A DNA stretch of 64,000 nucleotides. Origin: Fistulifera solaris (taxonomy: Eukaryota). Shown in pieces: positions 24,080-35,569 of this stretch. The first letter of the stretch is position 1, and each line of letters starts with the position of its first letter. The stretch is from NCBI GenBank assembly GCA_030295235.1, contig AP026130.1, forward strand, positions 1,054,001-1,118,000. The letters are read 5' to 3'. The translations under genes and the position numbers were made by a program. The notes beneath the pieces are model-generated. The model was given only the letters and a program-made list of their open reading frames with translations, was not told the origin of the DNA and made no database searches.

Positions 24080-25969
24080 TTACAGTCTCTTAAAGTAATC
24101 ATCGATCCTCTGTCGTTTCTTAGGCTTTACTTGTCTCAGCTCAGATATTACATCGGGAGGCAGTTGCGATAGAATAGAGGGATCAATTTTATTGTTGTGA
24201 AACATAGAAGCCTGCTCGTGAATCGACATCTTTGTTGACGCCCCGTTCAACGCATCCCGTGGTGATCTGGATTTCCCATGTTCTGTTTGCTCGATGAACG
24301 TCGACATGTTCGACTGACATGGTTGCGTAAAATAAGTAGGCGAATCTTTTGGGCGAGCCGATAAGTCCTGGAAACCAGTCGTAGCAATGCTTGCTCTGGT
24401 AATGTCAATGACATCCGACTTAAGTTCAAATGCATGTAGAAGTGGAAGCGCTGCCCTTTTTAGAAATGCAACTTGTTGAGCGGAATCACGAAGTTGCATA
24501 AAAGCCAATCCATCAAACGAGCTTTGTTTGCTCCGAGTGACAAAGGGGCGACGTTTCTTCGAAGCTAGCTTTTCGTCAACGGTCCGAAGGGTCAATTTTA
24601 TTGTCGTGGGATAAGCAAGTCTCGATGAATGCGACCATTCACGTCGCTCATGCAACAGTCTCGACAAACGACGATACAGTTCTTCCAATTCAGCGCAAAG
24701 TACGTCTTTCCTTACCAACGTACCGCGACGAAAAGAATTTTCCACAGACAGCGCTTTTGGCGCCCCGCCTTCGTCATCCTGAATTTGACTATGATCAACG
24801 CCAATGCATTTTTGAAGAATGATATCAGCTTGCACCTCACTTTGCAATGAACTAGATGAGTTACCATAATTCGCGTCCACACAGCCTCTTCTTCATCCTA
24901 CTCACCACGAATGCTTGAAAAGAGGAACTTGTTCAAGACAGGAAACTATGTCCTGTTTCGGTACTGACAAAAGATCCCTGAAGCGATCGTGAGATACGAT
25001 TGCGTAGATGCATCCCGTCCCACAAATGAAGCGAATTACTTACTGACAAGTCCAGAAATTTGGCTGCGATGAGACAGCATTCTTTTCTAGACAATGCTGT
25101 AAAGCTTTCACAGTAGTCCTTCCCACACCAGGAATCATGCGAAGTGGCATGGAAGCTAGCAGGGACTGACTCCTCCAGGGAAAAAGAACATTCACAGTCG
25201 CTGGTTTCTTCAATCCACTGGCAATCTTCGCTAAGAGAGGATTCACAGACACACCCATAGTTGTCGTGAAACCTGTACTTTGCAGTATCTCTCGGCGAAT
25301 TTGAAGAGCGATATGGGAAGCTCGTTGTAGCCTTTCCGAACAAGACCATTCCGACGGACCGAGGGAGCGCACTTGAAACTCTTGCACAATTTTACTGCAC
25401 ACACCGGTTTGATCTTCTGTTAATGCTATTGATTCTCTACCGTTGGCGCCATAGATATATACATTGTCGTTCGAGTAATCGACACGATCGTCTCCATCAA
25501 TACTAATAGCCACTGATAAATCTGCCATCATTTCGTCCATCGATCCTCTTCGCACCGCAATCTCCGGATGAACGCGTTTGCACGCGGCTCGAAACACCTG
25601 ATAAATTTTTCGAGCATGAATTCGGTAGCGCTCTAAGTCACTGCCTTCAATAATCAAAAGTTGCGGGCAAGCTTCGTACGCTGCGGTTCGGCTCTGCAAT
25701 TTCTTCACACCCATGGCGCGCGCTGCATAATTGCTGGTGACAATGATATGCTTCTGACCGATGGCAAACGGCTTGTCTTTTGGTATCTGACGATCTTGGA
25801 CCTCACATTGACAGTAAAAGCAATCGACGTCGACATGTAGAATGCAGCGATGGTCGGAAGCAAGTCCTTCAGCGGATGCTGTTCCGTCGTCGTCGCTTTC
25901 ATTGCTAAATGCATCGTCTTCGGAGTCACATACGCTACTTTCGGCTGATAAATCATAGTAGTTCGGCAT
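24080..25969 (-). CDS. POLI: Y-family DNA polymerase, iota-like (two short introns in ~24840-25045)
   Basis: CILHVDVDCFYCQ, GQKHIIVTSNYAAR.MGVKK, GSDLERYR, SMDE, NPLLAKIAS..KKP, IPGVG; C-terminal UBM-like IDPSILSQLPPDVISEL. Confidence 0.8.
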
Positions 25970-26056
25970 TGTCTTGCGCGACGCTGTTTAACAGCAAAGA
26001 ATAAACGAGAGAGACTGCTGCTTGTCCTTCTGATTCGAAGCGCTGCAATACTTGCA

Positions 26057-26345
26057 CAGCAAAAATGTGGGCGTGTGATTTTTTCACGTGTCCAGAAAAT
26101 GTGGGTGTGTGATTTTTTCACGTCTTCAGAAAATGTGGGGGTGAGATTTTTTCACCTCACCAGAAAATGTGGGCGAGTGATTTTTTCACTGGTCCAGAAA
26201 ATCCTGGCGAGTGATGTTACCACCTAACCAGAAAATCTGGGGGAGTGATGTTTTCACATGTCCAGAAAATCTGGGGGTGCGGTGTCTCTTCTCATCCACA
26301 GAGAATCTGGAGGAGTGTTGTTTTCAGTTTCCAAAAAATCCGGGA
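26057..26345. repeat. 34-bp minisatellite (~8-9 copies)
   Basis: CAGAAAAT at 26093, 26127, 26161, 26195, 26229, 26263, with degenerate copies at ~26299 and ~26332; consensus CCAGAAAAT(G/C)TGGG.G.GTGAT.TTTTCAC. Confidence 0.9.
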
Positions 26346-26916
26346 TTAAAAATCTGCGCTTGTTGTCTTTTCAGCTCAACAGAAGATCTGGACATGCTGT
26401 GTCTTACTTCTCTTCCAAAGAAATTCGAAGACGTTGTGTTTCATCATGGTGCGTCGGAAGGCTGTGGGCCTATACAATGTATAGGCGCACCTTTTTCGCG
26501 CTTCCCGCATCTCGCAGTTTCGCCGCTCGCCGCATGTGGTTTCGCATTTCAGAGAGTCGCACGTCGTACGTCGCACGTCGCACCCCGCACCGCACCCGTC
26601 AATGCTCGAAAAATTTACTTATGCCTTTCGTGCGACTGGAACTTGGCTTTCCGTAAACCAACATTCAAAATGACAGTATATTTGGACTGTCTGGGTAACT
26701 GTAGCCTGGTTTTTGATACTCAATATCTACTTTGGAATCTCGGCGTCTGACAGTACAGTAATTTTCACAGCCACGATGAGGGCAATACTTTTGGATGGAA
26801 ACAACGAGCGACCAATTTTGGGAGTGAGATATTTTATTCGAGATTTTGCATTGCATCATCGTCGTACGAAGGCGATGATGCTGTGATCCTCTCTCCTTCA
26901 TTCATTCAGGATCAAA

Positions 26917-27906
26917 ATGAATCTAATAACAGTTGCGCTCTTTACTTTCTTCTCCTCGAATGTCGTTGTAGCAAGAGGCTTCCCGGGATTTTTCGATTCC
27001 GAGTTTCGAAAAACGCTTCCATGTTTTAAGCCCGACGTGGAGCCCTCTACCGCACCTTCGGGAGCGCCTTCGGAAACACCCACACAATCACCTGTCGTTC
27101 CCGCCGAAACATTAATTATTTATGCAACAGGAGATGTTCCGTACAGTGCCGTGGAAGCGGTGGGACTTATGGGGCAAATGCAAGCCGTTCCGAGTGATGC
27201 AGAACTCGTGCTGCATGTCGGAGACATTCGTCGTTCGACCACCACGCCCTGTTTGGCCAGTGAGTACGAAGCCGTCCAAGGCATTCTCAATCAATCTACG
27301 GCACCACTCTTGGTGATAGTAGGAGACAACGAATGGAACGATTGTACGAATACGGATGAAGCCTATTCTTTCTTTCATCAGTATTTTGCCCAATTCGAAA
27401 AGCAATGGTCGTCACTCGAAGCACTCGTCGTTCGGGATCCAGTCTATCCCGAGGTCTTTTCTCTTGTGCAAGAAGGCATTCTCGTCTTAGGATTGAATTT
27501 GGTGGGAGGACGAGTGCACAACTCCACGGAATGGCAGAATCGATTGACGTATCAAGCGAATCAAGTGCAGGAACGCATATTGGATTATTGGGCCGAAACG
27601 GGGGACGCCGCCAAGGTGATTGTGACGGGCCACGCGGATCCTCGCACGCGACATGCTGGTTTCTTCACGCCCTTTCAAAATTTTGTTGCCAATACACTGA
27701 ACAATCGAGTCCCGATTTTGTATTTGAATGGAGATTCTCATGTCTACAAGTACGAACCAACCTTTTTGAATCAATCCAGCTTGTTGCGTGTCATGGTGCG
27801 AGGAGGAACGGTCGAAGCACCGATTCGGATTCAGGTGAATTTAGAGGTCAATACTACGGATCCGAGTGTGGCATTCACGGTTCTTCGCAATGCTTATGTG
27901 TGGTGA
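26917..27906 (+). CDS. Secreted calcineurin-like metallophosphoesterase
   Basis: Signal peptide, PS/T-rich linker, motifs GDVPY, LHVGDI, GDNEWND, GHA, GDSH. Confidence 0.8.
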   Translation: MNLITVALFTFFSSNVVVARGFPGFFDSEFRKTLPCFKPDVEPSTAPSGAPSETPTQSPVVPAETLIIYATGDVPYSAVEAVGLMGQMQAVPSDAELVLHVGDIRRSTTTPCLASEYEAVQGILNQSTAPLLVIVGDNEWNDCTNTDEAYSFFHQYFAQFEKQWSSLEALVVRDPVYPEVFSLVQEGILVLGLNLVGGRVHNSTEWQNRLTYQANQVQERILDYWAETGDAAKVIVTGHADPRTRHAGFFTPFQNFVANTLNNRVPILYLNGDSHVYKYEPTFLNQSSLLRVMVRGGTVEAPIRIQVNLEVNTTDPSVAFTVLRNAYVW

Positions 27907-28160
27907 GAGAGTTGCGACCCATGTTTTGGAACGATTGTAAACGGTTTTGTATGTGTGCGATAGAATGATAAATGCTTTATAGAATATAGAGACAACGATG
28001 AGGCGTCATTTGTCATTTCGACTGTTGGGAATAAGCTAGAGGGACATAGCAACTCAACCCGAACCCTGTCGGCGTCGTATGGGGTCGACGACAAATTTTA
28101 GATGACAGTTTCGTTTTTTGTCAACAACACAAACTGTAACCTTCGATATAATGCTCCAAC

Positions 28161-29444
28161 ATGCGGAGGAGGAAGCTTGGAGTGATCTCATTTGTTCGCT
28201 TGTTCCTATTGCTGACAGTGCTAGTGACGATTTCATTAAATTGGCATTTCTATAGCGCAAAGAATATTCTAAAGAGCGATGAGCTCGAACGCAACCGTGT
28301 CATAGCGCACACCGACTCATCGACGACGGCCTTGCCCGTATGGATGCAAGATTACTTCAAATGGCATGCTCTGCAATCTCCCGACGACTCATCGGTAGAA
28401 TATTTGGTCGTTCGTTGTCTTCATCAAGACACGCATTGCGGAGGGACAGCGGATCGATTGATGCCTCTTCCGCTATTTGTCATGATGGCAGCACGCATGA
28501 AGCGTGTTCTCTTGTTTCATTGGGAACGCCCGTGCCCATTGGAAGAGTATCTTGTTCCATCGACCGATATCGATTGGAGAATCCCGAAAAATCATGATTT
28601 GTTTCAGTCACTCGATTGGAAATCCACTGTCCGGATCAGTCATCAGTTGAACGTGTTGCAAATTATCGATCCAAAGTTCGAACCACCCACGCGCCGTCGA
28701 AGCAAGCCCTTACCGACAGTCTTACCGCGCGTGGTGACAACGGCGTATCAATCGCAATTGCATGGTGCCGATTTGTACGATCAATTTCGAAATCGAACCG
28801 ATTTGTTTCAACGGAAGGATGTCTCAGATGGAGGCACTGCCTCGCATGGAAATGAACCATCGTTCGAACAAGTCTATTCAGCGTTATGGAAAACATTCTT
28901 TCAACCTTCACCAAGACTACAGAGCAAAATCGATGCGGCGTTGCGTGACATGCATTTGACGCCCAACGACTACGTGGCGGCACACATTCGGGCCTTGTAT
29001 CAGCAAGAGGCTGGACCCAAGAAAACAGCGTTTGTCGCACGCAATGCCATGCATTGTGCGAGTCAATTCCTGTCATATAAGGGACAGCCTATCTACGTTG
29101 TATCTGACAGTGTCAATAGTACCCAAATGGCCATGCAGTACGTTCACGAACAGCATTCCGACGAAGATGTGGTGGTAGTGACCCGACCGGTGACTGAGGT
29201 CTTGCATTTAGACCGTGGGACGGCCTTTTTGAAGAAAGATGCGGATCAGTGGACAAAAAATGGCTATTGTGCGGATTACGATGATACCTTTGTCGATCTT
29301 TATTTGCTGATTCTAGCCAAATGCCGCACGGTTCACTTGGGATCTTTCGCCAAATGGGCACACCTGATACATGGTGGGAACTGTATCAATAGTCATTTTC
29401 AGAAACAGTGCCGTTGGAATAAAGTATTTGATTCAAAACTGTGA
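28161..29444 (+). CDS. Type II membrane fucosyltransferase-like protein (GT-B, GT11/GT23/O-FucT superfamily)
   Basis: N-terminal TM; CGGTADRL, YVAAHIR, IYVVSDS, FVDLYLL..AKC....GSFA. Confidence 0.6.
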   Translation: MRRRKLGVISFVRLFLLLTVLVTISLNWHFYSAKNILKSDELERNRVIAHTDSSTTALPVWMQDYFKWHALQSPDDSSVEYLVVRCLHQDTHCGGTADRLMPLPLFVMMAARMKRVLLFHWERPCPLEEYLVPSTDIDWRIPKNHDLFQSLDWKSTVRISHQLNVLQIIDPKFEPPTRRRSKPLPTVLPRVVTTAYQSQLHGADLYDQFRNRTDLFQRKDVSDGGTASHGNEPSFEQVYSALWKTFFQPSPRLQSKIDAALRDMHLTPNDYVAAHIRALYQQEAGPKKTAFVARNAMHCASQFLSYKGQPIYVVSDSVNSTQMAMQYVHEQHSDEDVVVVTRPVTEVLHLDRGTAFLKKDADQWTKNGYCADYDDTFVDLYLLILAKCRTVHLGSFAKWAHLIHGGNCINSHFQKQCRWNKVFDSKL

Positions 29445-29663
29445 TGAACTAGGAGAAGGAATGAGAATGCGTTTATGCTTTTCCTAAATTGGCAAAAGAA
29501 GGTTGTCGGACTCGATGGTTCATTTACACTACAGACTACCGCTCGTTAACGGCGCCCAGCTTCTAAGCTAATAGCCGAAGAAGAACATCGAGGTTATAGC
29601 TTATTTCAAAGCTGATCATCAATTATTGTTGTCAAGGAGATTTATATTTGTCAGCCGTTGTTT

Positions 29664-31175
29664 TTACGTCCTCAAACGGGAGCCCTTTATGGGGCAGTGA
29701 ACCAATGCATTATCGAGATGATGAACTTGATACAAGCAGCCTTGGAGGAATAGCCCCAAAATATCCGCCATAAGTATCCCTATTCCCTCTGCAACAGAGG
29801 TTGTCGCGAGAGCCATTTCCGTCAGAGAAGTTCCCTGAAAATCAACGAGGATTCGTTTGTATCCATGAACATAAACGGCACCACCCAAAATACCCGTCCA
29901 AGTACTCGTAGCATACAGCAGCGGTTGATTGTAAAGCCAAGATGTTTGGGGTGACTGAAGAGCAATCACAGAGAAAAACAACAAGTTTAGGACTTGCAGT
30001 AAAGGTAATACCCACAAAGTGGTTGGGGAGAGGGTCAAAAACGTGCCGCTGGAGCGACTCACAAACACCCCTGTTTGATAAAGCCAGTTTGATGTTTGAT
30101 AAAATTGATTTCGTTTCGTAGAGTCTTCGATGGGAAAGCCCATTGCCGTCCAAACACCCGCTTGGCATGCGTACTCAGCAGCATAAACAAGAAAGAGCGG
30201 AACTGTGTACGGCCACAAACTGAGAATAAAGTGGAATGGACTGATCGTCTCAAATTCGTTTGTTTCAATCTGTTGTCGTGAATCGGATAGATCGTCTGTG
30301 GCGCGTATCTCCTCCTGTGCGGTCCCCATTGTGATCAACGACGCTTGTGATGTATGAATGCTTTCTCGTTCTGCGCTTGCGCCAGATCTTTCGATGGCGT
30401 TCGCTACTAATAGTAATTCATCAGTCAGTTCGATATCTCGCGAAAGAGCATACGAAGCAAGATATTTCTCGTCATCAATATCTCCGAGCACAATCTTAAA
30501 TATCAAAGCGTAAAATACAGCAAGAATCAGAGCCGAAAGAATTGTCCATGCAACTCCGAAACCGAGCCATTGTGTACCTGCTACAGTCCAAAGATACCCA
30601 GTCAGACCAGCAGCACCTGTCCCAGACGACCATGCTGTCAAGCAGCGTCCTTTCGCACTTTGTGAATTGATTGGCTGATTGGAAGAAACGCGTAGTGAAT
30701 CACATTTCCCAGCGGCAGCAAGCAGTGTTGCTTCCCCTAGTCCGCATTGAAAAGACACCAGGGCAACTCCAACAAATGGGAGATATGGCATTGAGTCCGA
30801 ATAATTTGAATCCTGTAGCCGTCTCTCAGAGTATCCTGTTATGAAAAAGGCCATTGCCATGCACGCCGCCGCTATCGAAACTCTGGATTGATACGTCACC
30901 CGATCAAACCAATACGGTGCACTCAGCTTGACCGAAATACCGGGAAGTATATTGGCTATATAAACGAGCCCCGTTCCGCCTTCCGATAAGGACTTGGCTG
31001 CCGCCAGCATAATGACGTACGATGTATTGTTCAAGAGTCCAAGACAAAAAAATGCTGCCGCACGTTTTCGGGCTTTCGCTTCGTCATTTTGGCACCCCGC
31101 GATGGTATTAGAGGGAACCGACGCATGCAGCGAAACCGGTTCGTATCTAGCGGAGTCACCAGAACTTGCGACCAT
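29664..31175 (-). CDS. CLN3: Battenin/CLN3 (Btn1)-family membrane protein
   Basis: AFFCLGLLNNTSYVIMLAAA, GLGEAT, AWSSGTGAAG, PLFLVYAAEY, YQTGVFVSRSS, GILGGAVYV. Confidence 0.9.
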   Translation of the reverse strand: MVASSGDSARYEPVSLHASVPSNTIAGCQNDEAKARKRAAAFFCLGLLNNTSYVIMLAAAKSLSEGGTGLVYIANILPGISVKLSAPYWFDRVTYQSRVSIAAACMAMAFFITGYSERRLQDSNYSDSMPYLPFVGVALVSFQCGLGEATLLAAAGKCDSLRVSSNQPINSQSAKGRCLTAWSSGTGAAGLTGYLWTVAGTQWLGFGVAWTILSALILAVFYALIFKIVLGDIDDEKYLASYALSRDIELTDELLLVANAIERSGASAERESIHTSQASLITMGTAQEEIRATDDLSDSRQQIETNEFETISPFHFILSLWPYTVPLFLVYAAEYACQAGVWTAMGFPIEDSTKRNQFYQTSNWLYQTGVFVSRSSGTFLTLSPTTLWVLPLLQVLNLLFFSVIALQSPQTSWLYNQPLLYATSTWTGILGGAVYVHGYKRILVDFQGTSLTEMALATTSVAEGIGILMADILGLFLQGCLYQVHHLDNALVHCPIKGSRLRT

Positions 31176-31465
31176 GCTGCTAATTATCCATTCGTTTAAT
31201 CGGAAGGGCCTTGATAAATGGACAGTCCAATGAGAACACGGAAGAAAAAGCGTTGCAACAAGAAATTCGAAATTCGAAGTGGATGACGCCGTATAGCTTT
31301 AAAGTGTACACGGTGTAAGACTGGACTATAAGTCACGAGCTTGCTTATTGGAATGAGCGCATAGCCTGATAAGAGGAAATTCATATTAATTTGAACAACA
31401 GGGACAACAAGGGTCGATCTTGTCCGTTAAATTAACTACGAACAAGGATACAATCTTGCCGTGAT

Positions 31466-33589
31466 CTTCACATTCGAACAACATGCTCTAGTTGCACCTT
31501 GCTTTTCGCTGTTCCTGATCCATTTCCCGTTTGTTCAAAGTTTTTGACGAAATGGATGTCATCAGATCCCTCCGAGAAGTGGCTTTGTGTTGAAATAAAC
31601 TCGACATATGTTGCAAACGTTTCGCGCCTTCAATATCTAGTGGATCAGATGCCTTCATCTTTTCGCCGCCGAGACCACTCTTAATCAACATCGAACGTAA
31701 TAGGAAATAGTACTTGGCATATTCGCCAGCTGGAACCTTCACTTGATAGTCCAGTGTTGCAAGAAGAGCAATCTCGAGCTCATTGATTCGCTGTAAACTG
31801 AACTCTACCCCCGTTGGACATGTTTCGCTGAAGTCGACATTCCACATAGATAAATCATCCCAAACCTTTGATGCGAGAACCATGCAGCTGAACAAAATGG
31901 ACCTCCAGTTGCTCGTTCGCGGTCGAAGTTTGCCTTCCGTTGTCTTGATAAGACGTTCAACATATATTAGAGTAATGATCATGCAATCGGGTTCCATTTT
32001 TGCAGCATAAAAGACATCTCGAAAGAACGCGGTAATCTCTTCCAAGGCAGGTGGAGAAGGTTTCACAACAAAGACAGGGGCGCTGAAACCTTTCTTTGAA
32101 GTTCTCTTGTTCTGCGAAGGCTTTTGTTGCGATTCCAAATCATTGAAGATACGATAATCGTGACCATCTTCATCGTCATCTCTTTCTGAATTCAATATAT
32201 GAGCCCGATAGACACCGCAAATGCATTTCAACGTTGCATCTGAATCAGGCGTCGACATTGTGGACCCGACGTACTGAGGCAATTAAAACGAAATTCGTCA
32301 GAAGAACCGCAAATTTATTACCAGTGCATTTGAAAGAGGACGTACCAAATTCCCACAAGTGTTTCGTCTCTCAAACGATGGTTTCGACAAAAGATTTTTA
32401 CGAGAGGATTGATGTTTATTTTTCTCCTTCAAACGCATGGAGTTGCCTCGCCTCAAAAGATCATTTCCTTTTTCAGTTTCAAGCCACGGCGTTCCTCCTC
32501 CTACATCCATGAGCGGAGGAAGCGTTCTCACACCGTCTGGGGTTGCTTCGCCATCCTTTTCTTCTGTTTCTGTATCACTTTCATCCTCGCTCTGTGATCC
32601 CTCATGGATGTCTCGGAGAAGCATCATATCTCTATTACTCGTAAAGTCTGCATCAAATTCATGCACTCCTTCATTACTAATTTTCGCCATTTCCTCGGAA
32701 ACCATGGCCAGCTCTTCTAGCGCTTTAGTTTCTTCGAAAGTAAGCCTGAAACTAAGCTTCGATTCATCAAATGAAGATGCTCCGTAGAGGGAGCGCATAC
32801 TTTTAACGCCTTCTTTTGGCAATTGTTGTAGCAAAGTGCCCAAGCTAGCTTCTCTATAAAGCGTGTGCCTCTCACTTTTCTCGTCATCACCGTTGTCTTC
32901 AAGGTCCAAATCACCAAAATCACGAAGATCCAACTGCATGGCACTCCCATTAAGAGAGTCGAATTCGTCAATTGCATTCAAGGAGCTTCTACTAGACAGT
33001 TTGGCATCCATTAAAAGCGACCGGGTGCTACGCTTCGTCGCCTCCAACAAGGAAAGACCCGGAACTACGCTAATATTTTTCGCCACTGGTTCCATTGTAG
33101 GGAGATCTTGCGACGAAGGAAGCTTGCGGGTCGCGGTAGGTGTCTTTTCGGCATCTTGTGGTTGAAAGACAATCTCTTTGGTGTCGTCGCGTGGTTCGGC
33201 GACGCGAAAAACGTTGCGCGTCGAAGGCACGCGACACACCAAGTCAACCAAAACCGAATCTTCCATGGAGCTTATCGTGCGAACCATTTGAGACCTGCGG
33301 GAATTATCCTGGGGTGGGCGACTTCCGGGGTCGTGTCGAAGCGTCGGCACAACAATCTCTTGATTCGTTGGAGCAAAGTTCCCCACCGCAATCGAGTTCA
33401 TAATGTTGGCTTCCATTGCCGCAAAAAATTCCCTTTGCTGCCGTTCTTTCTCTTCAATAGCCTTTCGCTCTTCGTCGGTTGCCAGCTCCAGCGGCTTACT
33501 CCACTGAGTCTCTCTCGTTTCAGTGTGATAATAGTAAGTTCGGCCGCTGACAGGGTCTTCGGCCGACTGCCAAAGTGACTCTTTTTCAT
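31466..33589 (-). CDS. Cyclin Y-like protein with N-terminal WW domain (intron 32274-32345; both ends approximate)
   Basis: WQSAEDPVSGRTYYYHTETRETQWSKP; cyclin Y box CMIITLIYVERL...NWRSILF...LASKVWDDLSMWNVDF...INELE...EYAKYYFLLRS. Confidence 0.85.
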
Positions 33590-34338
33590 GTTGACAAAGA
33601 AAGGTGTTACTTCTAAAAACACAAGCCCTTCCTTGCTCACAGTTCTCACTCGTCACAGCAGCAATGATAGAACGATTCAGAGAAACGACGACTCTATATT
33701 CGTTGTTGATCTGACGAGGATGGAACTCAATGGACGTTGCGAAAACGAGGACGAATATAAATGGAGATGGCGGGTCGCTTTTCGTTTCTCTACACACCAC
33801 GATCCATTTCTTATTCACGGTCAGTCTTGTCACAGAACTGTAGTCAGAAAAGAACTCCTTTTTCTACGATCGAGTACCGTGATATTTTTCGATCTACTAC
33901 TTAGCATAGTCAAACTTCCCAGTCATGTTCCATAATCGATAATCCATAACTGACCTACAGTACTCACGTACTCACTCGGGGTACTGAACAAAATCACTTG
34001 ACTTTCTGTCGGACCAATTACCAATAAAGTACTTCTGATTACCGTAAAGACAATGACTAAAAGGTGATTGACACTATACGTTATCAGTACAGAGCAAAAA
34101 TTGAGTTCGAGGGACTCACTTCTCTCCCGCAGCGGTTTTTTGTACGTTGAGCAAAGGGGCCATGACTGTTTTCATTGCAAAACTGCTCCGTTTCGCTTTT
34201 ATTGTATGTCTCTTCCTCGTGATTCGGAAGAGAGGATTATAAAAAAGCACCGAGATAGCAGCATAAAAAGGGGTTGCGTCTTTGCTTTTTGCTTAGAAGC
34301 AAGATTCACGCTTTGCGAGAGATAACAGCTACAGCACA

Positions 34339-35392
34339 ATGGAACAAGTCACCGAAGGGTTCGCGAACTCTGTGTCGATTGCGGATGTTGTGGATGCCCA
34401 GCTGGGGCAGCACCCCGCGTTAGACACGATGTGTGTCATGAATTGTCAGACAAAGCAACGTATTATACCGAATTCGTCCGTTTCGATCTTGGATAATGAA
34501 GCATTTACAGGGCAGGTAATGTTGCTCGTCCGCACCCCAGACGTTGACGATCCTCAAGATGGTAACATTCTCAGTGAAACGCCGGCTCGTATTAGCAAAT
34601 TCTTCAGTGATAAGAAACGAAGATTTGAGTTTCAGTTTCAGATCAAATTGAAAAAAAGTACCCGAGGGCCCTCTATTCCTCGGCTGTGAGCTAGAGCATC
34701 AAATCAAATGCGGAACCATTACCAAAGCAATGGTGAATCTTTTGTTGACCATGGTTCGTAGGATTAACCCAGGATTTCACTACTCCTGGGGACCGGAACC
34801 GAGTAAGAAGGATTATGTCTCGGGTAACTACGAGAAGACGCATCTCAGCTTCCCGGTCGAAGCCAGTATGGATCGCATTATCGTCTCCAAACCGGGGGAA
34901 ACGCCGCCCGAACTCGGATACGAATTGTTCGAGTCCAACGAATCGGTCAAGCGCCGCCGAAAAATGGGCGCCGGAAGTGTCGTCTGGAATTTGGAAGACA
35001 CATACACCATGTGTCTCTGGAGTGCTTACTGCGATTGGATTCTGTGGAAGTCACTCAACGTACCGGGCATGGCGCCGTTTTCGTTGTGCCGTGTGACGGG
35101 TCAGCAACCGATCTACTTGTCCGTCTACGAAGTGACGGGGACGACTCCGGCGGAGTACAGGAAGAAACGGCCTCCGCACTATCGGAAAAATTTGAATGTC
35201 TACACGCGTTTGGAATTTAGTAACCTGGAGCATACATCCGGGGGGATTGGCCGAGACAGTATTGCGTCGATCGAAAGTCATTGCCGGTTTGGAGCAGCAA
35301 TCCTTGCCCGATACGGATTCCGTGGACTCGGATTTCGAAACGGCATCGCGGATCAGTCACATTACGTCGTAAAATGGTGCCCCGCAAAGTGA
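34339..35392 (+). CDS. DUF1769-domain protein (frameshift at A-run ~34651-34658)
   Basis: NEAFTGQVMLLVR, FFSDKKRRFEFQFQ, GPLFLGCE (shifted frame), FHYSWG, FPVEASMDRIIVS.PGETPP, YTMCLWS...DWILW. Confidence 0.7.
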
Positions 35393-35569
35393 TCTTTTGT
35401 GAATCTGTTTAAAAATAAAGAATGATGATAAATACAATTTAAAATGAAGAGAGACGTTATTTGCTAGTAGTGAGCTCTCGCATGGCCGTAGATTTTTTAG
35501 CAATTAAACGTTTACAGCTTCAGCCTACAGTATCGAATATTTCAGGTAGCACTATTGTGTAAAGCTGCG

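Noticed and set aside
26057..26345. CRISPR array from the 34-bp periodicity
   Set aside because: Units are contiguous with no spacers; it is a minisatellite
26211..26750. ORFs over the minisatellite and over 49620-50124
   Set aside because: Open frames arise from stop-poor repeats; no domain content
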